Assembly: GCA_965235115.1 (NCBI GenBank)
Contig: OZ249448.1
Coordinates: forward strand, 20,460,001 to 20,524,000
DNA from: Laetmonice hystrix
Lineage: Eukaryota
Reading direction: 5' to 3'
DNA: 64,000 nucleotides
Shown here piece after piece: positions 12,401-24,400 of the stretch. The notes below the pieces were generated by a model. That model was not told where the DNA came from. It saw nothing but the letters and a program-made list of their open reading frames with translations, and did no database searches. Made by a program: the position numbers and the translations under genes. How positions within the stretch are numbered: the first letter of the stretch is position 1; each line of letters starts with the position of its first letter.

Positions 12401-15400
12401 TTAGATACATGTAAATACTTTGAAGTTAAAACTACTGATTTCTTGGCACATCTTCCCTTAATACGATTTTGGTTTAACAGAAGCAGGCCATCCATCCCTT
12501 AACACCGTCTTAGATAGAAGTTTTGACCTTAGAGACTGTGTCATCCCATCACCAAATAAAGTTCGTGCTACAAGCGTAACAACCTCCCCGAATTATCAAC
12601 TTCACTAGACATTTATTGGCTAAAACTAATAATAAGAGGAGAAAAAACAAAATGGATTAAAAAAACCTTTCGTTGTGCTTTTGTCCAGATAAATTCTTAC
12701 TTTGTGCTTCAGGGACACACGGTCAAACACGAAACATTTCAAAGTTAAGTGTGTAATTTCTTAATAACTTCAACAATAACGTTACACTTGGGGCACATCA
12801 TTTCATTCAGGCACATTCAGGAAGGGATATGCATGGGTAACCAATTATTTTTAATCAATCCAGGAAATTTCTTTGTTGTTTAATCGTTTATTTTAATATA
12901 TATATAATACAAGAACAATATTTAGCAAATTTTGGGGATGTTCCTAGCATACGTCACTTAAAATATATCATCAACATTATCATAATATAGGGTTTTATGG
13001 TCTTTCTCAATCGGATTTCATGGAACTATAGATTTATGTCTAATAATAATAAATTCATAACTGAATGTACGGGTACTAACAGTCAGTTGATTGTTGCAGG
13101 TCCAAACTTAAACTCAGGTAATATAACAATGGCTTAGGAATAGAAACTCTTGGCATGCGTAATAATAGTCGTTATAACCATAGTCCCTATGGTAACGAGG
13201 CCTCTGCAGTTTACTCCCGTCTCGCCAGGTGGCAGCAGCTGAGTCTAACTTGCCCCTCACACGGACGTCACCGTGCTGTTTCCACGGACTTTTCAATAAC
13301 TATCTTTACTTTCGGTTTATTGAAATAAACTGATTTCATAATGTTTCTGAGAGTCAGTTTTGGAGGCACGTGCCGATTAGATGCTGCCTGTTACGATTCG
13401 GGTGAACCCTGTTCAGCCTACTACAGAGATGCACGAACACTATGGTGTGTGAGCCGTCCCACCCCGTCCCACCGACCGGGCGGGCGGCGGGGCCCGGTCT
13501 GCCGGGAGTTGGCACTCAACCGGGACACAACCATGGATACAATCCTCAACCACCCCAAGCTTCATCTGGCTTCTCACGGTGGCTTCATACATTATGGCTT
13601 CATACTCAGAAAGTAGGCCCCATCCGCACAACAGCTTCTCCTTATGATATCATTAAGTTTCTTTGAATCTTCATGAATCCTTCAATCAGACCAGTTAGCA
13701 ATTAGCTGTCGAGTTCGCTCTTCTCGTTCTAAGATCATCACCGTTAGTATTTTGCAACTGATTTGGCTTGTCATCGAAAATTCCCCACGCCGGTGTGACT
13801 CGTTCAGCCTAGATAAACTTAAAGCACAAGTCTTCAGAACGTAGGCTCGTTACACGGCAGTGCTGCCACCTATCGTCAGCTTACTGTTACCTTAGTTTAC
13901 TGGCAGCACGTGACTGCGACTACACTTCGACCCAAGGTCATTGAGGTCATTGATCAATGGCACGAGACGCAGGTCACGAATTACTTCATCTATGACATTA
14001 CAACACAGCTTATAAAACAATGACAAAGGATGTACAAAAATAGATAGCCCTATTCTCAAGTATAAATCTCATTACTATAGACTTGAGGTAATTCACTTTT
14101 ATAAGTCTCCTGTCTGTAGGAGAGATGGTAGAGTTTATTCCGACAGGTGGATGCTGCCTTTGTGTTGGTTATAAAACCGACTATGGCCCAGAGTATTTCT
14201 GTCTGTGGCTGTTGTGAGGATGGGGCGGTGGCCGCCCATTGTGTTGGAGGCTGGTCGGGCGGCCAGCGGGCCGGGTCGAGATGCTGCCCCACCTCGTACA
14301 CAGCCCACAGAGAATGGCTACGGCACGGGTTGGGGTCGGAAAAATATCTCTCTGGAAAGTTGGGCTCAATTCTGGCACGTAAACAACCTACCTTGGCATG
14401 TATTTGAAAGCAAAAGAGACAAAAATATATGGTTTGATGAAACTGCTGGTCGGCCAACACTCCCGAGGTTGGGATGATGTTGATGGACAGGGGCTGTACA
14501 ATCTTAACTTGTCACCACTCACAGTCGACCACTGAGTGCCTGCACTCGACTCTACTGACCGACCTATCAACTTCTCGGACCGACGGACCGGACGGACCGA
14601 TCAGTCCGACTGACCGTCCAGACCAACTGTCCGGACCGACCAACTGATTCAACAGTCTGACTAGACCGACCAATTTTTTGGACGGTCCGATAGGACCAGC
14701 CATCCGAACCGAGCGACTGATCGGACGGTCCGACAGGACCAGCCATCCGACCTGACCGACTGATCGGACAGTCCGATAGGACCAGCCATCCGAACCGGCC
14801 GACTGATCGGAAAGTCTGACTGCACCAGCTGACTGGACCGACTGACTGATCGGACAGTCTGACTGGATCAGCTGACTGGACCGGCCGACTGATCAGACAT
14901 TCTGACTGCACCAGCTGACTGGACCGACCGACTGATCGTGACAGTCTGACTGGACCAGCTGACTGGACCGGCCGACTGATCGGAAAGTCTGACTGCACCA
15001 GCTGACTGGACCGACCGACTGATCGGAAAGTCTGACTGCACCAGCTGACTGGACCGACCGACTGATCGGAAAGTCTGACTGCACCAGCTGACTGGACCGA
15101 CAGACTGATCGGACAGTCTGATAGGACCAGCTAACTGGACCGACAGACTGATCGTGACAGTCTGACTGCACCAGCTGACTGGACCGGCCGACTGATCGGA
15201 CAGTCTGACTGCACCAGCTGACTGGACCGACTGACTGATCGGACAGTCTGACTGGACCAGCTGACTGGACCGGCCGACTGATCAGACAGTCTGACTGCAC
15301 CAGCTGACTGGACCGACCGACTGATCGGACAGTCTGACTGCACCAGCTGACTGGACCGACCGACTGATCGGACAGTCCGATAGGACCAGCCATCCGAACC

Positions 15401-18400
15401 TACTGACTGATCGTGACAGTCTGACTGGACCAGCTGACTGGACCGACCAACTGATCGGACAGTCTGACTGCACCAGCTGACTGGACCGACCGACTGATCG
15501 GACAGTCTGATAGGACCAGCTAACTGGACCGACCGACTGATCGGACAGTCTGACTGCACCAGCTGACTGGACCGACAGACTGATCAGAGAGTCTGACTGG
15601 ACCAACTAACTGGACCGACTGATTAATCGGACAGTCTGGACCAACCAATCAGACTCTGACAGGACCGGCTGATTGGACTGACCGGACTAACCAATCGGAC
15701 AGACTGACTGACTGATAGACTGGCACCAGTAGCTGATCGAGTAGCTGGATGATACGGACCAGCCAGAGTGGGTAGAGGCAGTCAGTGGCCGACCTTTGGG
15801 AGAGAACACTGCATGGCGTGAGGGCTCAGGTTGGAGGACAAACACCGTCCTCCTCCGGCACTGACAATGACAAACTTCAAGGTCATTTCTCTCTTACTCA
15901 AGGTCATTTCTTTCTTTCCCCGATTATAAACAACTTCTAATAATTCTAATTCTAAACAATTCTAAGACATGTCACGCCATGCATTGACTCCCTTCTCTTC
16001 TCAATAGAATGGTGACAATCTGAACAATTGTTTCTTTTTAAATGTCAGTACCTTCAAAGCACACTTTTAACCCTTTCCCTCTAACTCTGTTGTATTGTCG
16101 TCATTTTAAAATTACTGCTTTTAGTATTACAAAAGCACTAAAGTAGCAATGATTGCTGCTAGACAGTGCAATTTTCAGTAATATATTCAAACACACATTA
16201 TGTTGATGTATATTAAATAAATAGCTATTATATTTTAGATACTTATATGTAAACTTCAGATACTTATATGTAAACTTTAGATATCTGTAAACTTCAGACT
16301 GAGAGGGAAAAGGTTGTAAATGCTTGGAAATCATCCAAGATTTAACAATAGAACAAAAAGCAGATGTATTTGGACAATGGCCATTGTCTGTCGTCGACTT
16401 ACCTGTGAGAAGGTTTGGGCAGCCCAAGTCTACAGCCATACCCACTCTTATTGATCAACTCTCTCATCTTGGAATGTCTGAATCGGGGCGGCGGTCAAAA
16501 TAAGAAACACCTCCTGCCCTGCTACAATGTGTTAGGTGACGGATACCATTTTCGTGTTTGGTTGAGTAGTTTTTGTTGTTGTTAAACCATGTCCAATAAA
16601 CAGAGCAGATGGTAAGGTCGCAGTGATATGTGTAAAACACCTACCCATCCCGCTTGTTGTGTTTCTTGTCCCTCTTCTTCTTTTTCTCCTTACGCACTGG
16701 GGAAGCACTCTCTGATCTGAAGGCCATCATACACAAACAGGTTACTATCGTGCTAAAATACAAACTAAGAAAGGAACTAGATCTACTAGATATAGACTTT
16801 GCGGTCCACAAGACGCCATTTTTGGGTATCAATTTTTGTATTTTGAATCGTTAAGATGGCTCCAGCGTCCAATACTTCAGTGCGTCTTATAGTCCACAAA
16901 GTACGGTACAAGACATGAAGTCGTCCAACCACCTGCCCAGTTTTCGACTCCTTCTTTGACCCAGTTTCAACTCTTGGTCATTTTTGATCATGAATCTTGT
17001 TATCTACTAACTACTAATTAACTAACCTGTACCAACACTACTTTACAATGAAATAGTTGTCCGTTATCATATGATTTAAATAAGTTATACATTAGTTTTA
17101 GGAGTCAAGATTGTTTCACTGGAGCGAATTCCCATTATGCAAGTCACTTAGGCCTATATCCTGAATTCTTTCTTAACAAATCTCTCTGAGATCTTTGTTC
17201 TTGCCGAAGCTCTGCCTGAGAAACTCTCAGAAAAATGAGATTTGTATGGCAGACCTTACCTGTCATCATCATCATCCCTTTTATGTCTTTTGCTTGGAAA
17301 ATAAAACGCCAAATCAGGTTACAGTGCTGGCCTCCCAACGTGAATGCTCAGGTACATTTTAATGGATTCTCTCTCACAAATTAAAGTTTTTCCTGATTTA
17401 CTTTCAGATCTTTGATGAATAGGCTTATAATTATGGGTGTATGGGAATAAAAGCATAATTTTGAAGTTGTCATTTCAACAAAGTATTGACTACAACAGTT
17501 CTACTGTGTTTATACACTAGAAGACCGCTCTGGCAATAGGAATTTTGCACGTACGTTGAAAAATAAATCTTTCATGAGCGTTTTCAAATATATTTCTTCC
17601 TTTCTATTGGGGGCATGGAAACTGTAGTAATACTGTGGCCTATTGAAATCGACCCCACTCAAACCGTTTCTCAATGTTTATGACGTTTCTAAGTCACCGA
17701 GCAAAACGTCATAGATACGAGATCACGTGAGGGCGACGATCTCCAAGAAACCGGCCCACACGTGGCCCACCCTGAGAGATACTTCCTGGCCCAACCCGAG
17801 GGGATCCTGGGCCATTTAACCTGCAAGTGTGAGCCATCACCCAACATTCGTCAATTAGAGCTCATGAAGGACTAGAGTAAGCAACACTTGATCCTCATCT
17901 AGCGCAGCCGCTGTGGGTATTGTACGGGTGATGAGACTGAGTGACTGGACTTCCCCACTGTTGTTTCATACTCCATGATTCACAACAGACGGTGAGTCAA
18001 ACGTGATTCACTGAGAATCTGCATTGTAAAAGTCAATTTACAGGTTTCTACGTATGTCTGGGGAACTCTGTGCTTCTTCTCCAATCACTGGAATCTGCCA
18101 ATATAAATATCTCCTTCCCCCAGTCTGTCCATGCCTGGACCAATACCTCCATCCCCTAGTCTGTCCTTGTCTGGACCAATACCTCCATCCCCTAGTCTGT
18201 CCTTGTCTGGGCCAATACCTCCATCCCCCAGTCTGTCCATGCCTGGACCAATACCTCCATCCCCTAGTCTGGACCACATATCCCGGACCTCCGGACCAGT
18301 GGGCCGGACGCCATCCCCGCAGTGTGACCGTTACCTGGCCACCCACCCAATGCCAGCCGTGGAAGCACTCCCTGACACCTTGATGTAGTACCGTTACGCC

Positions 18401-21400
18401 GCCGCCTCCATTCCCAGCCTCCCAGCCACAGCAGCTCCCAACGCCACGCTCCGCCGCCTCCTGGTGGCGCCCCCCTGTGGCAGTGGCCCGAACCCATCCC
18501 GGCGCGGTACACCGTGACGGTAGCAGCCCGTGGCCGGGGGCGGGCGGCGCCGGGCCCGGTACCACGGTCCGCGCCCTCCCCTGCTATCCCAGCCTCTCCG
18601 GTAAGTACCTAATGCACGCCCTCTGGCGGAACGCCCATGAAGCATTCTGCAGTGGTTGATGATGTCGGCGGCGACGCGTGGCTTGAGGTCATGATCACTT
18701 TTACCGAGATGAATGTGTACTGTGTTAAAACACGTGCAACACGTGCTTCCAGCACTGCCGCCTGCCATGACCATTATCTTCAAACACAATACTTCACCCA
18801 CTCTCTACTCCACAGCTGCGGCTGAGAACTACAGCTTTCTGCTCAAAATGCTGCAGTATTATTTCAAATCCGGTCATATTTTAACAAACCGAGTTCTATT
18901 CTACTGCAGTCTCCGCTATTAACCTGACGATGTTGATGATATACACATGTAGACATCTTTTTTCAGTTCAACAGTAACTTTATATAAGGTTTGGAATCGC
19001 GCAGTTTTATACATCTACGGTTAACCAAGATAGGACAGGAATAATCTGGTGACACTCCAGTGAAATGGCAGCTTACCGACTCCGTCGTCCACTCGATTTC
19101 TTTTTCTTCTTCTTCGCTGGAGGTGACGGGGACCGAGATGAACTTGACCGGACAATTCTGGTACAAAAAAGAAAGATAAAATTTTGAAAAACTTTTATTT
19201 AGTTATTGCTTTCGAATCACAGTGGATATTGAGGATAACAGAGTTTATCATTCGGTGGTGTAGGGGCTGAACACTACCTGGGTCAACCTTGGGGTGTATA
19301 AAGGGAGGTCACCAAAAATCCCTCCTTCACTCCCCCCTCCTAGTGCTGAATCGATCAGAACAGTACCAATAGGTTATACGGGCTACGGCTCAATCCAGGA
19401 CCACTGTGACGTACTGGAGGTGCCCTGGTACTGAGGACGATTTCACAGGACCTGGAGCAGTAAGGACCTCTGGCGCAGAGAGTCGACATGATCGACATGT
19501 CTCGATTCTCTAAAAGCCCTCAGAAACATTTCTAATCACGTCCTGCCGTGTTTGGTAATATTAAACCCTACTCCACGGTCTGACCTTGCGTCCACGTCTC
19601 CAAGGTCAACACCCCAGTGAGGGTGGCTATTCATACCGTTACCATTTCTAGAATTCCCACGTCTTGCTTATAATTACATCCGATGGTAACCGTATTCAGG
19701 AGTCCATAACCTTACGAGGTCGGCTGACTAACCTGATCACGGGGCTGGTGTCGATGGAGACTGATGGCCTGGCCGTCAGACCGCACGACCTGCCCACATC
19801 GGTCTCCGAACTTCTACTCCAACCTCTCCGATACCTACCACCGACCCTGGGGTACAAAATACCCCTACCACCGACCCTGGGGTATCAACTACCCCTACCA
19901 CCGACCCTGGGGTACCAACTACCCCTACCACCGACCCTGGGGTACCAACTACCCCTACCACCGACCCTGGGGTACAAAATACCCCTACCACCGGCCCTGG
20001 GGTACCTACTACCCCTACCACCGACCCTGGGGTACCAACTACCCCTACTACCGACCCTGGGGTACCAACTACCCCTACCACCGACCCTGGGGTACCAACT
20101 ACCCCTACCACCGGCCCTGGGGTCCCACCGACCCTGGGGTACCAACTACCCCTACCACCGATCCTGGGGTACCAACTACCCCTACCACCGACCCTGGGGT
20201 ACCAACTACCCCTACTACCGACCCTGGGGTACCAACTACCCCTACCACCGACCCTGGGGTACCAACTACCCCAACCACCGACCCTGGAGTACCAACTACC
20301 CCTACTACCGACCCTGGAGTACCAACTACCCCAACCGCCGGCCCTGGAGTCCCACCGACCCTGGGGTACCAATTACCCCTACCACCGGCCCTGGGGTACC
20401 AACTACCCCAACCACCGGCCCTGGGGTACCAACTACCCCAACCACCGACCCTGGAGTACCAACTACCCCAACCGCCGGCCCTGGAGTCCCACCGACCCTG
20501 GGGTACCAACTACCCCTACCACCGACCCTGGGGTACCAACTACCCCTACCACCGGCCCTGGGGTACCAACTACCCCTACCACCGACCCTGGGGTACCAAC
20601 TACCCCTACCACCGGCCCTGGGGTACCAACTACCCCAACCACCGGCCCCGGGGTACCAACTACCCCTACCACCGGCCCTGGGGTACCTACTACCCCTACC
20701 ACCGACCCTGGGGTACCAACTACCCCTACCACCGGCCCTGGGGTACCAACTACCCCAACCACCGGCCCCGGGGTACCAACTACCTCTACCACCGACCCTG
20801 GGGTACCAACTACCCCTACCACCGGCCCTGGAGTCCCACCGACCCTGGGGTACCAACTACCCCTACCACCGGCCCTGGGGTACCAACTACCCCAACCGCC
20901 GGGCCTGGAGTCCCACCGACCCTGGGGTACCAACTACCCCTACCACCGGCCCTGGGGTACCAACTACCCCAACCGCCGGGCCTGGGGTACCAACTACCCC
21001 TACCACCGGCCCTGGGGTACCAACTACCCCTACCACCGACCCTGGGGTACCAACTACCTCTACCACCGACCCTGGGGTACCAACTACCCCTACCACCGAC
21101 CCTGGGGTACCAAATACCCCTACCACCGGCCCTGGAGTCCCACCGACCCTGAGGTATCAACTACCCCTACCACCGGCCCTGGGGTACCAACTACCCCAAC
21201 CGCCGACCCTGGGGTACCAACTACCCTTACCACCGGCCCTGGGGTACCAAATACCCCTACCACCGGCCCCGGGGTACCAAATACCCCTACCACTGGACCT
21301 GGGGTACCAACTACCCCTACCACCGGCCCCGGGGTACCAACTACCCCTACCACCGGCCCCGGGGTACCAAATACCCCTACCACCGGCCCCGGGGTACCAA

Positions 21401-24400
21401 CTACCCCTACCACCGGCCCCGGGGTACCAACTACCCCTACCACCGGCCCTGGGGTACCAACTACCCCTACCGCCGACCCTGGGGTACCAACTACTACTAC
21501 CAACGACCCTGGGGTACCAACTACCCCTACCACCGGCCCTGGGGTACCAAATACCCATACCACCGACCCTGGGGTACCAACTACCCCTACCGCCGACCCT
21601 GGGGTACCACCGGCCCTATAGGTCTATTGGTACTTGAACATTTAGGTACCTAGAGTTTCCATCTGGGTTGGTATATATATCGGGGTACTTGTATAAAACC
21701 ACTCCTACAGTACCAGATCTGGCTCTGTGTGGATCCTCCAGTACCAAACCGGGTGGATTTGATTGTCACCCTGTGGGTACAACTTGCGGGGTGGGGTAGG
21801 GGAGCTGTTGTCCCGATCACCGGGCAGTCTGTAGGCAGTGTACGCACGGGACTGTATTGGAGGAGAGCTGGGTTAACCTCCGTACGCCTTGACCACTGAG
21901 TGACCGCCGCCGGTCAGTGAGAGGTCAATCGACTGTAGAGTAGCCACCACATTATTACCTATACCCCGCTTCTCATCATCTTCAGCCGGACCACCAGCTC
22001 AGAGCTCACTGCACGTCTCACCCTCCCGGCCTCACAGAATAAAAGACAATTAGGCCGATTAATTCCACTTTAATCTCGTTAGACGTTGACTGGGCACACC
22101 TGGTTCGCGCCAGTCGGGAGAAGGGTGGGCCCGGTGCTGGGTCGGAGCTGGTCGAAGGCTGACAGCTGCCATAATTCCTCCTGGCGGGCCATCTATGCTT
22201 CCCGGCAGGCACGCGATTAAAACTAATCACCAGGGTCAGAGGCGGCAGATTACTACACCTATTATTGGGATTATTTACTCTCTGCCGCCGCCACGGGGGG
22301 CGCCACTGTACAGGAAGCTCAGGTCTCGTTGGGTACACTCAGTACAGGAGCGTCACCTCCGTTACCATGGACACGACCTTCATGACATAGCCACTGAATG
22401 GGACGCTGGTGTCAAGGTCAAATACAGACACAGAAACTGACAAGGTGTGCCACGTCACAGGGCCCCCCCTCCGTCCAAATGTAAATAAGGACTAATTGGA
22501 AAAGACAACACAACCTTAATTAACTGATATCAGAGTTCAACTGTCTTCAGCATTTATCAGGTGCATCATCGTTATTCTTTTCCAATCTTCTTCTCGTATA
22601 AAAATTAATTTCCCCTATCAATTATTCTGCAGGTCAAATTATCAACAATAATCGCTGTTTTTTTAAGTTTCGATGTCACCACTTAATCATTGTCTTTGCC
22701 AATTACGTTTCATCAACAAAAAACTTCTCCACAGCTTTCTTCAGACATCAGAACTCTTAAAAACCAGTAAAACAGCAAATTTCCAAGGGTAGACATAGTC
22801 AGGAGTAAAAGATAGTGCGACGACACATTTGGAGACAGGTTAGTGACGTCAGACATATGGATCCGCCTGTATGGATCCGGTTTAGGACTTGAGTCTGGTT
22901 AGTGACGTCAGACATATGGATCCTGTTTAGGACTTGAGTCTGGTTAGTGACGTCAGACATATGGATCCTGTTTAGGACTTGAGTCTGGTTAGTGACGTCA
23001 GACATATGGATCCTGTTTAGGACTTGAGTCTGGTAAGTGACGTCAGACATATGGATCCTGTTTAGGACTTGAGTCTGGTTAGTGACGTCAGACATATGGA
23101 TCCTGTTTAGGACTTGGAGTCTGGTTAGTGACGTCAGACATGGATCCTGTTTAGGACTTGAGTATGGTTAGTGACGTCATACATACGGAGAGGACAAGTA
23201 GTAATGACCAGTGCTGTGTGATTCATGATAGGATTTAGGACTCGAGTATTGGCCAATGATACAATACATACGGCTATACCGTTTCTGAATAGAAGCACAT
23301 GTTTTTGCAAGTGACGTCACAGATAAAGACAGAGGACATATTGGCTGGTGGCATGTGATACATACGCATACTGTTTCTGGGCGCTGGCCGCCGCCCTGGC
23401 CGCCTTCTCCTTGGCCTTGCGGTCAGGGTCAAACGAGCTGCCGTCCACGTAAAACGGACTCAAACCAAACGCTTCATGTAGCTTCGCGTTCTTCTCCTGG
23501 TTGGCCTCGGCCACCTGGTGGGTTTCTTTGGAACTGAAAATACAAATGGGAAAGAAAGCTTAGTATGGGATGATCATAAATATACTAGCATCAAACAAAG
23601 AATTAATCTGGGATCATGTGGATATTCGGCAATTTTCTACTTTCATTGTTTTTTTCTTTGAATTGTTTTCAAACCTTATTTCTTTTCTCTGATGTTTGAT
23701 GTTGTTTCTTCTATTCCCCAATGCAATTCTTTCTAACATATGAACCTATAGAATCACTGGCATGTACAGTGAACATGACAGCTTTATTTATCAACCATTC
23801 GTCATAGACTGAGGATAATATCTATAACCTACACATGTTCTCACAGCAGAGTTCCAGGTTAGTAAGGTTAGTTACTAAGTAACCCACACCTTAACCTCAG
23901 CGGTATTGTCGATTTTATTCCACTCAAAGCGCTCAATATAATCACTGTACGCCGATTCCATGCCTCCGTTCGCGGATATAATTAGGTGCACGCCCTGACA
24001 CAGGTACGGCTCAGTTATTGGGCCCAGTGTGGCCGTCACAAATTGGCCGCTTCCATGAGGGCTGGGGGCCCGTGGAGGACGTCCCTGCGGGCCGGGGCTG
24101 GGGCCAGGGTGGGCCGGGCTGGGGCCGTAGAGGGGCCGTAACGGGCCGTGGGGCGGGCTGAGAATGGCAGTGTTGCATGTCAATCCCATACAAGCCTGCC
24201 CGCCCATCAATCACCCCACCCCACCACCTCCCACCGACCGTACTTCCTCCACCCCGGATCATCCTACACTGACTGGCCGGCACCGTCCGCCGTGTGGCCG
24301 GGGCGGGCGGGGGTCACCCAGCTGTGCCGTCCCGGGCTCACCCAGCCGTGCCGTCCCGGGCACACCATGCTAACAGGTGCGCGGGACACAGCTCAGGGCT

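Noticed and set aside
14392-14403. 12-nt microexon after a strong pyrimidine tract
   Set aside because: The tract ends in CAA, not CAG, so there is no valid acceptor at that position. It is retained only as a possible AG|GT recursive site.
14512-15605. Overlapping Ser/Val/Gln-rich minus-strand ORFs
   Set aside because: Artefacts of the 43-bp repeat.
18290-18640. GC-rich island with a plus-strand donor (CCG|GTAAGT at about 18600), suggesting a nested antisense gene
   Set aside because: No partner acceptor or coherent ORF chain could be assembled on the plus strand. Similar islands at 24030-24370 and 27850-28200 also gave no protein signal.
19664-21637. 657-aa and 462-aa plus-strand ORFs, and many antisense ORFs
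   Set aside because: These are products of a stop-free 30-bp minisatellite that is open in several frames and switches frame at each 17-bp variant. There are no splice signals or unique domain.
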